Source of the DNA: Candidatus Cloacimonadota bacterium
GTDB taxonomy: Bacteria; Cloacimonadota; Cloacimonadia; Cloacimonadales; TCS61
DNA: 64,000 nt
Direction of reading: 5' to 3'
Assembly: GCA_030621085.1 (NCBI GenBank)
Contig: JAUXIJ010000005.1
Coordinates: forward strand, 537 to 64,536
Under the pieces are notes generated by a model. It worked only from the letters and a program-made list of their open reading frames with translations, did not search any database and was not told the DNA's origin. Below are positions 30,266 to 40,184 of this stretch, one piece after another. Within the stretch, counting starts at the first letter, position 1. Every line of letters starts with the position of its first letter. A program made the translations under genes and the position numbers.

Positions 30266-31381
30266 ATGAAAACTGATAGGAAAATAATTCACGTGGATAT
30301 GGACGCTTTTTTTGCGGCTGTAGAAATTCGTGATAATCCGCAGTACAAAGGAAAACCCATCATCGTGGGTGGATCATCCAACAGCCGCGGAGTAGTCTCC
30401 ACCTGTTCTTATGAAGCCCGAAAATACGGCATTCATTCTGCCATGCCCAGTTACCAGGCATATAAATTATGCCCGCATGGCATTTTTATCCATCCCAATT
30501 TCGATGCTATTAAAGAAGCTTCACAGATCGTGCGAGAAATTTTCTTTGAATATACAGACCTGGTTGAACCTGTTTCCATCGATGAAGCATATCTGGATGT
30601 AACGGAAAATAAGAAAAATATTACCATCGCAACTGAAATAGCGAAAGATATTAAAATGAAGATATTTGAAAGAACCAGGTTAACTGCGTCGGCAGGAGTT
30701 TCTTATAATAAGTTCCTAGCAAAGATCGCTTCTGAAATGGATAAGCCGGATGGTTTGGTAGTTATTCCACCTACAAAAGCCCGGGAGGTACTGGAAAACC
30801 TTCCAATTGGAAAATTCTATGGTATTGGAAATGTGAGCGAAAAAAAAATGATCTACCTGGGAATCCGTACCGGTAAAGATCTGAAAGAACGCTCTCTAAA
30901 AGAACTCATCAAACATTTTGGAAAGGTAGGAACGTTTTATTACAATATCGTTCGTGGTATAGATAATCGTCCTGTTATAACTCATCGTATACGTAAATCA
31001 CTGGGTTGCGAACGCACTTTTGCCAAAGACATCAGCGATGTGGAAGAGATGCTGGAGGTTCTGAAAAAGATCTCTCATAAGATAGATTCTACAATGAAAG
31101 AAAAAAAAATTAAAGCAAAAACTTTGACCTTAAAAATAAAATATTCAAATTTCGATCTTGTGAGTAGAAGTAAAACTTTGGACGGTATTTTTGATAAAGA
31201 AGAAATTATTTTGAATTTAGGCAGGAAGATGTTGCTGGAGACAATTGGACCAAAATGCAGAATTCGACTTCTTGGATTAAGTGTGTCTAACCTGGTGTGG
31301 GAAGGTGACAAGGTTAAAGCTCAGCAGATGCTCGATTTTTTTAATGAAACAGAATTGGCTGTGGGAGAAAAAGAAGAATAG
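30266..31381 (+). CDS. dinB: DNA polymerase IV
   Basis: IIHVDMDAFFA, SYEARKYG, SIDEAYLD, NKFLAKIAS..KPDG, RLLGL. Confidence 0.95.
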   Translation: MKTDRKIIHVDMDAFFAAVEIRDNPQYKGKPIIVGGSSNSRGVVSTCSYEARKYGIHSAMPSYQAYKLCPHGIFIHPNFDAIKEASQIVREIFFEYTDLVEPVSIDEAYLDVTENKKNITIATEIAKDIKMKIFERTRLTASAGVSYNKFLAKIASEMDKPDGLVVIPPTKAREVLENLPIGKFYGIGNVSEKKMIYLGIRTGKDLKERSLKELIKHFGKVGTFYYNIVRGIDNRPVITHRIRKSLGCERTFAKDISDVEEMLEVLKKISHKIDSTMKEKKIKAKTLTLKIKYSNFDLVSRSKTLDGIFDKEEIILNLGRKMLLETIGPKCRIRLLGLSVSNLVWEGDKVKAQQMLDFFNETELAVGEKEE

Positions 31382-31439
31382 CAATTTTGACATTTGCCTT
31401 GTTTCAAACGAGAAAGAATGAGGTGTGTTATTGTTATTG

Positions 31440-31642
31440 AATCCCTTGCAATTCCCTTTCATCGAAAGGGAAACTTAGAAAAGCAGGAAGATTTTATTTC
31501 TTTCAACGGCATTTTGTGTTCTCCTTTTAATGAAAGGAGACAGCAGAGGATTCTTTTGCTTTTGTTGAATTCCAGTCAATTCAGTATATCTGGAAAATCG
31601 AACCCTCTACATTTTCCCTTTCATCGAAAGGGAAAATGTAGA
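31440..31642. repeat. Three related REP-like hairpins in alternating orientation
   Basis: TTCCCTTTC-ATC-GAAAGGGAA (31452-31472), inverted TCTCCTTT-TAATG-AAAGGAGA (31520-31540), perfect 17-bp stem 31606-31642; related hairpin at 40019-40041. Confidence 0.7.
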
Positions 31643-31659
31643 ATAGTGAGGAGAAACTT

Positions 31660-32325
31660 ATGTGTGGAAGATTTGCTTTATATAGCAGTTTTCAGTCAAT
31701 TAAAGAATATGCAGATATTTTAGCTGAACTCGAAGAACTGGATGCTAACTACAATGTTGCTCCCGGTCAGAATATCCCGGTGATAATAAAAAAAAATGAT
31801 GGGAACCACCTCGAATTCTGCAAATGGGGACTGATCCCATTCTGGGCAAAAGACCCAAAGATCGGTTATAAAATGATAAATACTCGTGCCGAAACCATAA
31901 ATGCGAAACCCAGTTTTAAATATGCTTTTCAAAAACGAAGATGCCTTATCCCTGCAAATGGATTTTACGAATGGCGAAAAGAAGATAAACAGCCTTTTTA
32001 TATCCATCTGAAAGATAGAGAACTTTTTACATTCGCAGGGATCTGGGAAAACTGGAAATCACCTGAAGGGGAATCTGTGCAAACCTGTTCGATAATAACA
32101 ACTTCTGCCAATGATTCATTGGAAAAAATTCATAACAGGATGCCAGTAATTCTTACTCAAAAATCAGAATCCATCTGGTTGGCAAATGAAGACCCGGGTA
32201 AATTAATAGAGCTACTCCAACCTCATCCTCAAAATGAAATATCCCATCATGAAGTATCTAAGGAAGTGAATTCAGTTAGAAACAATTTTCCTGAATTGAT
32301 TAATCAAAATTATTTTGCAAAATAG
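31660..32325 (+). CDS. SOS response-associated peptidase (SRAP; YedK/HMCES family)
   Basis: MCGRF N-terminus, WGLIPFW, INTRAET, RRCLIPANGFYEW, IHNRMP. Confidence 0.94.
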   Translation: MCGRFALYSSFQSIKEYADILAELEELDANYNVAPGQNIPVIIKKNDGNHLEFCKWGLIPFWAKDPKIGYKMINTRAETINAKPSFKYAFQKRRCLIPANGFYEWRKEDKQPFYIHLKDRELFTFAGIWENWKSPEGESVQTCSIITTSANDSLEKIHNRMPVILTQKSESIWLANEDPGKLIELLQPHPQNEISHHEVSKEVNSVRNNFPELINQNYFAK

Positions 32326-32334
32326 AGTGTTTTT

Positions 32335-32454
32335 GTCATCCTACTTGCCAAGCCCCATCTTGGTAACATGATTACAATAGATTCCCTTTTTCACGGGAAT
32401 GACAGTTTCTGGAGTTGTCATAATTTCTCTTTCCGAAGCTTCCGCTTCGGAAAG
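32335..32454. repeat. Composite REP-like cluster
   Basis: GTCATCC...GATTCCC-N8-GGGAATGAC element (32335-32403) enclosing TTGCCAAG-N6-CTTGGTAA; CTTTCCGAAG-N6-CTTCGGAAAG at 32429-32454. Confidence 0.65.
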
Positions 32455-32671
32455 TACCTGTTACAATCATAGGGATTAATATACGGAAACCATTCTCTTA
32501 CTTTACGCTGATTTACAAAAAGTGAATTAAAAGTTTGAAAATTACTTGCCCTTAATCTTCCTAAAAAATAATTTACTTTTAATAGTAAATGATGTAGCAG
32601 AATCTGTTAAAGTAATTGTATTACGAAGCAGTAGCTTCTTAATAAGATTCTGAATAAATTGAGAAAGAAAA

Positions 32672-33355
32672 ATGATAGGAACACTTATAAACGTAGGCAC
32701 AGTTATTATTGGCAGCATTATTGGCTTAATCCTGCATACCAAATTTTCCAAACGTTTCACCGAAGTTGCCTTTCAGGGGATTGGTATTTTTACCATCTTT
32801 CTGGGAATCGTAATGGCTCTGAAATCGGATGCTTATTTAATCATCGTGCTAAGCCTGATTTCAGGTTCTCTCATTGGAGAAGCACTCAATATTGAAGTGT
32901 GGATGGACAACCTGGGAGAGAAATTGAAAGCACGATTAAAGTCCAAAAACGACAAATTCTCGGAAGGACTTGTAACCGCTTTCCTGCTTTTCTGCATGGG
33001 TTCCATGACCATCCTGGGAGCAATCGAAGAAGGACTGGGTGACAAACCAAATTTGCTGCTCACCAAATCAATCATGGATGGATTCGGTTCCATTGCTCTT
33101 TCTTCTGCCCTGGGAATCGGTGTGATGTTCTCTGTAATCCCGTTGCTTATTTATCAAGGTGGACTCACTCTACTCACTTCTGTTTTTGGAGATTATTTCA
33201 GCGAAGTGTATATTAATAATCTCACTTCGGTTGGAGGAATTCTACTGATTGGGCTGGGCTTACGTATTTTAGAGATCAAACAAATCAGGGTATTGAATAT
33301 GCTGCCAGCACTTGTCAATATTCTTTTTCTTACCTGGATTAAGGGTTTGTTATGA
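32672..33355 (+). CDS. DUF554 (YqgA/YdfK) membrane protein
   Basis: MIGTLIN, LLFCMGSMTILG, KSIMDG, YQGG, NMLP. Confidence 0.9.
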   Translation: MIGTLINVGTVIIGSIIGLILHTKFSKRFTEVAFQGIGIFTIFLGIVMALKSDAYLIIVLSLISGSLIGEALNIEVWMDNLGEKLKARLKSKNDKFSEGLVTAFLLFCMGSMTILGAIEEGLGDKPNLLLTKSIMDGFGSIALSSALGIGVMFSVIPLLIYQGGLTLLTSVFGDYFSEVYINNLTSVGGILLIGLGLRILEIKQIRVLNMLPALVNILFLTWIKGLL

Positions 33356-33888
33356 ACCAATACAAAAAAAAATTAAATGACCTTTATGCGCCTATCAGTT
33401 TCATTTCATTAAATCATAAATTGATTGAGAAATACAGGAGAGTCCATAATCCTTCAATTAGTAGATTTACTTCGTATTGTATTATCACTCTTTTTCATAG
33501 TATAGTTGTCTATATTGGTATCGCTTTTGATAAATCAAATAAATCAAGTTCCTTGTATAAGTTTAATCAAGAAATTAAAAAGAAAAAACTATTAATTAAT
33601 GATTATAAAAAATGGTGTGAATTATACTCTTCTACATTCGACAGTGTGAAAACAATAATTGACTTACGTAATAAGTTCCATGCTCATAAAGATTCTGAAT
33701 TTGATATTACTAAATTTTGGGAACAAAATCCTGAAGAATATGCTAAGGTTCCGATGATTGCAGAAAATTGTATCAAACTTTTTGATATTCTTTCTCAAGA
33801 AATATCAGGTTATAAGTTAAGTTTTGATTCAACCGAGCATGATATAATCGATCAATTTGATTTGATTTTTACTAAATATGATAGTTAA
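33352..33888 (+). CDS. Putative HEPN (AbiU2-like) domain protein
   Basis: 178 aa, helical, LRNKFHAH (R-x4-6-H) motif, FDK..K.S.L upstream; overlaps both neighbours. Confidence 0.6.
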   Translation: MNQYKKKLNDLYAPISFISLNHKLIEKYRRVHNPSISRFTSYCIITLFHSIVVYIGIAFDKSNKSSSLYKFNQEIKKKKLLINDYKKWCELYSSTFDSVKTIIDLRNKFHAHKDSEFDITKFWEQNPEEYAKVPMIAENCIKLFDILSQEISGYKLSFDSTEHDIIDQFDLIFTKYDS

Positions 33889-36613
33889 ACATATCCCACT
33901 TGATCAAAACATTTTACAGATGGCTTTGAAGGAACTGGATTCCGTCAAATGCCTGCTGCTCTTCCCCACTCAAGCCAGCAAAAAAGAAGCGAAGAGATTA
34001 TTCCTAAAGAATTGGAATTTCATTGAAAGCGAATTCCTAACCATGGATGAATGGAAAGAATTATTATTTCCGACCACATTTCCCATTCTGAAAGAAGAAA
34101 AACGTTCCCTGATGTTTTACAAATCATTGTCCAAAGACGATAAAGAATTTTTTAATATCGGCAGTTATTTCCAATCCATTGAACTTTCTAATAATTTTTT
34201 CAATTTCTGGGAAGAAATGATGGAAGAGCAGATTCCTGATGAAAACATCGAACAAGTTCTTTCCTATAAACAGACTGCAGGTAATTGGCAGTTAGAAACT
34301 TTTGAACAACTGAAAAATATAAAAGCTCAATATTATCGTCTTCTTCAGAAAGAAAAATTCACCGATAAAATCTTTCTTCATAATCTCGATGAGATACAGA
34401 CCGATATAAAATTCAACAGGATAGTAGTGGTTAACCAGTTCTATTTTACTACTCTTGAAAAGAAGATATTAAATAAATTCGACAAAGAAGTTCTGATCTA
34501 TTTACAATTGCCGGAAAGCGTCTTTGATAAAGCTGAATTGAACGTTCTAAATAATTTTGATGCCTCGACGATAAAACAGCATCTGAAGAGCAAAGTGAAG
34601 ATAATTCGTTATTCAGAGCAGTTTCAGATGATAGCTTGTCTTCTTTCTGAAATTGATAAGAATAAAAACAGTACTATCATCGATTTCAAATTCAATTTGC
34701 AACCGTATTCAGGCTTTCTTTCTCACCGCTTCTTTTCGATCTCAAATACAATTCCATTTACAAATACTACGATTTTCAGGTTTTTTCAGATCATACTTAA
34801 CCTCTTGAACTCGATAATCCGGAAAGGAAAAGCGTTCCTGCTTTCTTTGCAGCAGGTTCTAAATGCAGTCCTTTCCGATGAATTACTATCCTGTTTTATG
34901 CAGGAAAAAACCAGGCGTGAGCAGATCAGAACATTCCTGTTCGAACTCATTGAAAACGATTTTCAATATCTCGATCTCGATTATTTCTTTCAAAATGAAA
35001 ATGAATTCAAAAACGAATTTGATCAGCTTTTCAAGTTCCTTCAAAAAACACAAAATATAAAAAGCATCGAAACATTGATCGAATTCATTAATACTGAAAT
35101 CAATATTGAGAAACTGGTTGCAGAAGAAAGCAAAAAAACCGATATAATAAAAGTATTTTATGAGCTTCTTGCTGACTTCGCATCAATAGAAGAGATTGGC
35201 ATTATTCCTGATTGGAAATCGATTTTCTCCTGTAGTATCACAACCAATATCCTGCAGCTTTTCCTGGATTATGTGAAATCAAAACAGACCAAGTATGAAT
35301 TGAGCGATATTGCAGAAAACCGGATTCAGATAACATCTCTTCAAGATTCGAGGAACCTCGATTTCAAAAATGTGTATATTCTTAATGTCATTGAAGGAAT
35401 TCTGCCAGCTGCCAAACATTCTCAATTTCTGCTTTCCGAAAATCAAAGAAGTAAATTGGGATTGAAAACATACGAAGATATCAAGCTGCGTGATAAATAT
35501 TATTTCTATCGGTTATTAGCATGCTGCGAAAACGCTGTAGTCTTCACGCGCTGCAACTTGGAAGAAAATATCGAAGTCAGCTCATTCATCGAAGAACTGA
35601 AATTACACGATCTGGTGGAAGAAATCGATAATTCCAATGAAAAAAACAATCTATATGAACTAACATTTTCTTCTCTTCTTAATAAAAATAATTATCCTCT
35701 TCCAAGTTTTGATAATATCTCATTAGATTTCTTTACCATCCCGCATGAGCAAAGTGATTTCCCGGATAATAAATTAGCTCTCAGCTTTTATCGTTGGGAT
35801 AAACTGAAGAAAAATCCATTTGAGTATTACATTGAATATATTGCAGGTATCAAAGCTCGTAATCCGCAGGTTTCAAATGATTTCAGCAACAAATTGATCG
35901 GTACGATTTCGCACAATATCTTCGCTCTTACCTGGAATCGTTTGATAGAGGTTTATCAAAGTAACACGATCCATCATAATTTTATGTATAATACGAAAAA
36001 CTATGTTGAGAAGGCTGTTGAACATTTCCTGAAATACAATAAAAAACTTAAATATCTTTCACCACATAATTATTCTGAAAATTATTTCAGGAATATCTTC
36101 ATTCCAATTCTGAAAGACGGAATCGCAAATTTCTTTTACCGGCTTCACAATGATCTGCAATTCACAAATAAAAGTATCTCTGTATTTCCTGAAACCGGAA
36201 AAATAACGCAAAAGAAATTCTTTGATCTGGATGAGATCGAAATTTCCCTGCGTGGCAGACCGGATCTTCGCATCCACACAGCCGATGATGAATTGTATAT
36301 TTTTGATTACAAAACCGGAAGTACTAATACTAAAAAAATCAAGAAATATAATGAGCAGTTACAGTTCTATGAATTTATAAGCTATCTCATTGAATCACCG
36401 GAATTTGAAAATAAACTTTACTCCTATCTGTTCTTTATTGAAGAGAAAAACTTATCAAAATTAACTAAAAGGGTCGATCTGAAAGAAGCAATAACAGAGG
36501 TTGTTCAAAACATTTTGGAAAACGGGTTTTCTTTGGTAAGATCGAAAGATGAATATGAAGATATCGAGATCACACGCCGGGACCTGAAGATGAAGCTGGA
36601 GTTGATGAAATGA
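33878..36613 (+). CDS. addB: AddB/RexB-like protein with C-terminal PD-(D/E)xK nuclease
   Basis: Inactive helicase-like body; GRPDLRI...IFDYKTG..QLQFY; precedes AddA-like gene. Confidence 0.75.
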   Translation: MIVKHIPLDQNILQMALKELDSVKCLLLFPTQASKKEAKRLFLKNWNFIESEFLTMDEWKELLFPTTFPILKEEKRSLMFYKSLSKDDKEFFNIGSYFQSIELSNNFFNFWEEMMEEQIPDENIEQVLSYKQTAGNWQLETFEQLKNIKAQYYRLLQKEKFTDKIFLHNLDEIQTDIKFNRIVVVNQFYFTTLEKKILNKFDKEVLIYLQLPESVFDKAELNVLNNFDASTIKQHLKSKVKIIRYSEQFQMIACLLSEIDKNKNSTIIDFKFNLQPYSGFLSHRFFSISNTIPFTNTTIFRFFQIILNLLNSIIRKGKAFLLSLQQVLNAVLSDELLSCFMQEKTRREQIRTFLFELIENDFQYLDLDYFFQNENEFKNEFDQLFKFLQKTQNIKSIETLIEFINTEINIEKLVAEESKKTDIIKVFYELLADFASIEEIGIIPDWKSIFSCSITTNILQLFLDYVKSKQTKYELSDIAENRIQITSLQDSRNLDFKNVYILNVIEGILPAAKHSQFLLSENQRSKLGLKTYEDIKLRDKYYFYRLLACCENAVVFTRCNLEENIEVSSFIEELKLHDLVEEIDNSNEKNNLYELTFSSLLNKNNYPLPSFDNISLDFFTIPHEQSDFPDNKLALSFYRWDKLKKNPFEYYIEYIAGIKARNPQVSNDFSNKLIGTISHNIFALTWNRLIEVYQSNTIHHNFMYNTKNYVEKAVEHFLKYNKKLKYLSPHNYSENYFRNIFIPILKDGIANFFYRLHNDLQFTNKSISVFPETGKITQKKFFDLDEIEISLRGRPDLRIHTADDELYIFDYKTGSTNTKKIKKYNEQLQFYEFISYLIESPEFENKLYSYLFFIEEKNLSKLTKRVDLKEAITEVVQNILENGFSLVRSKDEYEDIEITRRDLKMKLELMK

Positions 36614-36662
36614 TACATGTAATAATTCCCAGTCTCTTATCCCCAAAATTCACACAGTATCT

Positions 36663-36720
36663 CTCGTTCCCAAAGCCCTCTTTGGGAACGACAAAAACCA
36701 ATCAGGGGATTGGTAACGAG
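36663..36720. repeat. REP/MITE-like element with CTCGTT...AACGAG ends
   Basis: CGTTCCCAAAG-CCCT-CTTTGGGAACG plus ACCAATC-AGGG-GATTGGT; ends resemble the 40059 element. Confidence 0.7.
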
Positions 36721-36734
36721 ATTGAGGATTAAGC

Positions 36735-39700
36735 ATGATGCCAACGATCATTCGAGCCAGTGCCGGAACCGGAAAAACCTACCGTCTTTCCCTGGAATTC
36801 ATTAACCTGCTGCTTTCGCAGAGAGTGGATTTAAAGGAAATCTTGGTTATCACTTTCACCAAGAAGGCAACTGCAGAGATCAGGGAACGAATTTTCGAAC
36901 ATCTGCATAACATTGTTCATAATACCGAAGAAGCGCAAGAGATATTTAAGGGTTTGAAGGTGATCAATCCCGGACTAAAATTTGATGCGGAAGATTTTGA
37001 ATTCTTGAAAAGCACTTATCAGAAGATGCTCACCAATAAATCGGAAGTGAACATCAGCACGATAGATTCGTTCATTAATGCAGTTTTCAGTGGAATTGTT
37101 GCGCCCTTCCGGAACATTGTGGATTACAGAATCGATAATAACATCAACGATGAATATCTCCCCGAAATCTACCAGCATATACTAAAAGATAGTAATCTAC
37201 AGTTATACGAAGATATTTTCCTGCAGGCAAAACGAAGAAACCTGGAACAATTTAATAATTTCATAAAAGATGTGATCAATTATCGCTGGTTGTTCGAGTT
37301 CATCGATCTATCGAAATTTTCCGAAGCCGATATTGAAAAGAAGAAAGAAAATAGTTTACTATCTTACAAAAAGAAATTGGGTGAATTCCTGCAACTTCTC
37401 ACTACCGAGATCAAATTGTATCTTGGCAAAAAAGATGATAAAATAACATGGAAACAACTGCTTCAAAAAGATCATTATCAATCAATGGAAAAACAAAAAG
37501 GTTTTAATTTGCTCGAAGCGGATAATCTACATGACCAGTTTTACAACTGGTTGACTGAAACTGCTTTCATTGAAGAGAATTATGCACTTCTTCTGGATGA
37601 CAAGAATTTATGGAGTGGGAACAGGATCAGAAATCCAGAATTGAAACCAATTTTCCGGGAAATGCAACACGAATTGGCTAACTTTTTATTTTATGAAAAA
37701 GCGTTAAATGAGCAGTTTAATATTATTTCCCTCGCTGTAGAAATCTTGAAGATCTATGACAAAATAAAATTCAGAGATAAGATATTCACTCATTCCGATA
37801 TTAGTTACTACACATTTCGATATCTGTATGACTCCGAGCTTTCTATCATAGATAATAAAAACATTTTGAACATTTTTTATGAACAGCTTTCATACAATAT
37901 CCGCTTTATTCTGATCGATGAATTCCAAGATACCAGTATTTTGCAGTGGAAAATTTTCCAACCTCTGATCAATGAAACCTTGAGCGGTGAGGGACAAAAA
38001 CCATACGGTGGCTTGATAGTTGTGGGAGATGAGAAACAGGCGATCTACGGCTGGCGTGGCGGTGAACGCAGATTGCTTTCAGGTTTTCATGAACTTTTAA
38101 ACCTTGAGATGCAAACGGATTCCTTGACTATTTCCTTTCGCAGTAAACCGATCCTGATGAAATGGATAAATAGGTTGTTTTCTTCCGAATTTCTTACCTT
38201 TAATGATGATTGGGATTATACGAATATCGATAGCTTCAAAAAGCAAGATGGTTTCGTTCAGGTTCATTTTCGTAACCGTGAAAAGATCGAGGGAGCTCAA
38301 CAGGAAAAGCTGGAGCAGGTTCACATCTATCATGAATTTGTGAATGAAACTCTTTTGCCGTTGATAAATGAGGGAAAAATCACGCTCCACGATACTGCCA
38401 TCCTGATGCGAAAAAATAAAGAACTGGAAGAAATGGCAACCGTGCTGGATGAAGCAGGAATCAGCTACACATTGGAATCTTCCGGTTCGTTGTTCGATCA
38501 CCGGGCAATAGAACCGATACTCCATATTTTGAAATTCATAGTGTACGAAGACCCGATCGAATTGATCAAATTCCTGCGCTCGGATATTGTGTTGATGCAT
38601 CCCAAAGAACTAAAACAAATCCTGAGTGCTTATAAAAATGCAGCTGATCTTGATGAATTCTTCCAGCAAACTTCAGATGAGCATTATTTGAATATTCTTA
38701 AGAAAATCAGAGCTAAAAGGAATTCCATTGTAAATATCGTCAAAACGATTGTTGAAGAATTCAATATTACAAAACTATTTTCATCCGAAATAGAATTGAA
38801 AAACATTCATAGATTCTTGGGAATTGCAATAGAGTTTGAAAACACTAATCATGAGCATACCATCGATCTCCCCGGGTTTTTATCGTATTGCCGTGCACTT
38901 GCAGAAAAGGATGAATATTCGCAGCTTGGACAAACCTATTCCGATGCTATAAAATTACTCACTATCCATAAATCCAAAGGACTGCAATTTGAGACTGTTT
39001 TCACTCTTTTTGATGTAACTTCCAGTCCCGGTGGGAACTATCCCAGTTTGAAATTATATTATAACTTTGAAGATAACTTTGATGATCTACAGGATTTTGC
39101 TTTAACTTACAATTTCGATAAAATCCTTAAAAAATCCAATAAAAAGGATCTGATTAAAAAAGTTGAGAAAAGAAATGCTGGTGAAGAGCTGAACAATATT
39201 TATGTAGCATTAACCAGGGCAAAGAACAATCTCTTCATCTATCTTCATTACAAAAAGACAGGTGATCTTGAAAAATTGATCAGGGAAATTAAAGAAGATA
39301 ATTCCGTTCTGAAAAATATTACAAAAACAATTTTCAACGAATTTTCCGACGATATGAAATCCATCTCCGATGTTCATCAAATAATTGAATATGGAAAAAT
39401 AACAAGAGATATCTCCGAAGAAGAAATTCAGAAATCTGCTTCTGTACCGCTTGCAGGAAAATACCTGGAACTTTTCAATTGGGAAGATATTTCCGAGAAA
39501 GAGCAGGAAAATATTCATCAAATAAGAAAAGAATTTTTAGAGAATCAAAGCATTCTTAACGGAAATATTGTTCATTTTTATTTATCTAATATCAATTATG
39601 ATAATGATCAAAACAGGAAAGCTGCTTTTTATAGAACAATTGCGAAATATGGAAGTTTGATGCATCGTGATAAAATTCAAGATATCATTGAAAAAACGAA

Positions 39701-39977
39701 CAGCTTCATCAGAGAAAATATCGAGCTTTTCAGTAAAGATAATTGGGATAAGATTTTTAATGAATATTCTGTATTCGATAACTTTGGAAAGGAATTCCGA
39801 ATCGACCGGATGATGGTGAATTCGAAGAGTAAAGAGATATTGATAGTAGATTACAAAACCAGTTCACATTACGAAAAAGAGCAGCTTGACAAATATAAAG
39901 AGATTATTGAAAAGTTGGCTGTGGTGAAAAAAGATAAATATAGTGTGAAGACAAAATTTATGGAAGTAAGAATTTAG
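36735..39977 (+). CDS. addA: AddA/RecB-like UvrD helicase-nuclease
   Basis: ASAGTGKT, ITFTKKA, DEFQDTS, GDEKQAIYGWRG, TIHKSKGL, YVALTRA, RIDR..IVDYKT. Confidence 0.88.
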   Translation: MMPTIIRASAGTGKTYRLSLEFINLLLSQRVDLKEILVITFTKKATAEIRERIFEHLHNIVHNTEEAQEIFKGLKVINPGLKFDAEDFEFLKSTYQKMLTNKSEVNISTIDSFINAVFSGIVAPFRNIVDYRIDNNINDEYLPEIYQHILKDSNLQLYEDIFLQAKRRNLEQFNNFIKDVINYRWLFEFIDLSKFSEADIEKKKENSLLSYKKKLGEFLQLLTTEIKLYLGKKDDKITWKQLLQKDHYQSMEKQKGFNLLEADNLHDQFYNWLTETAFIEENYALLLDDKNLWSGNRIRNPELKPIFREMQHELANFLFYEKALNEQFNIISLAVEILKIYDKIKFRDKIFTHSDISYYTFRYLYDSELSIIDNKNILNIFYEQLSYNIRFILIDEFQDTSILQWKIFQPLINETLSGEGQKPYGGLIVVGDEKQAIYGWRGGERRLLSGFHELLNLEMQTDSLTISFRSKPILMKWINRLFSSEFLTFNDDWDYTNIDSFKKQDGFVQVHFRNREKIEGAQQEKLEQVHIYHEFVNETLLPLINEGKITLHDTAILMRKNKELEEMATVLDEAGISYTLESSGSLFDHRAIEPILHILKFIVYEDPIELIKFLRSDIVLMHPKELKQILSAYKNAADLDEFFQQTSDEHYLNILKKIRAKRNSIVNIVKTIVEEFNITKLFSSEIELKNIHRFLGIAIEFENTNHEHTIDLPGFLSYCRALAEKDEYSQLGQTYSDAIKLLTIHKSKGLQFETVFTLFDVTSSPGGNYPSLKLYYNFEDNFDDLQDFALTYNFDKILKKSNKKDLIKKVEKRNAGEELNNIYVALTRAKNNLFIYLHYKKTGDLEKLIREIKEDNSVLKNITKTIFNEFSDDMKSISDVHQIIEYGKITRDISEEEIQKSASVPLAGKYLELFNWEDISEKEQENIHQIRKEFLENQSILNGNIVHFYLSNINYDNDQNRKAAFYRTIAKYGSLMHRDKIQDIIEKTNSFIRENIELFSKDNWDKIFNEYSVFDNFGKEFRIDRMMVNSKSKEILIVDYKTSSHYEKEQLDKYKEIIEKLAVVKKDKYSVKTKFMEVRI

Positions 39978-40008
39978 CCGCAGATGAACGCGGATGGGAG
40001 CAAGAGAA

Positions 40009-40043
40009 CTCCCCTAAATCCCCTCTTTATCAAAGAGGGGACT
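40009..40043. repeat. REP-like hairpin
   Basis: CTCCCCTAAA-TCCCCTCTTT-ATC-AAAGAGGGGA. Confidence 0.6.
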
Positions 40044-40058
40044 TCTTGCTTTTTTATA

Positions 40059-40147
40059 CTCGTTACGAAGTTGCACTTCGTAACGCAAATGGATGCGAAG
40101 TTAAACTTCGCTTTCAATTATGTTCACAAGTTCAACTTGTGAACAAG
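40059..40147 (+). mobile_element. 89-bp triple-hairpin MITE/REPIN-like element, copy 1
   Basis: Three hairpins at 30-nt period; 85/89 identical to reverse complement of 50034-50122. Confidence 0.8.
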
Positions 40148-40184
40148 ATCACAAGGTGAGTTATAATTGACAGGAGCAAAAAAT

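Noticed and set aside
31394-31723. 109-aa ORF with repeated PFHRKG
   Set aside because: Translation of the palindromic repeats; overlaps SRAP in another frame.
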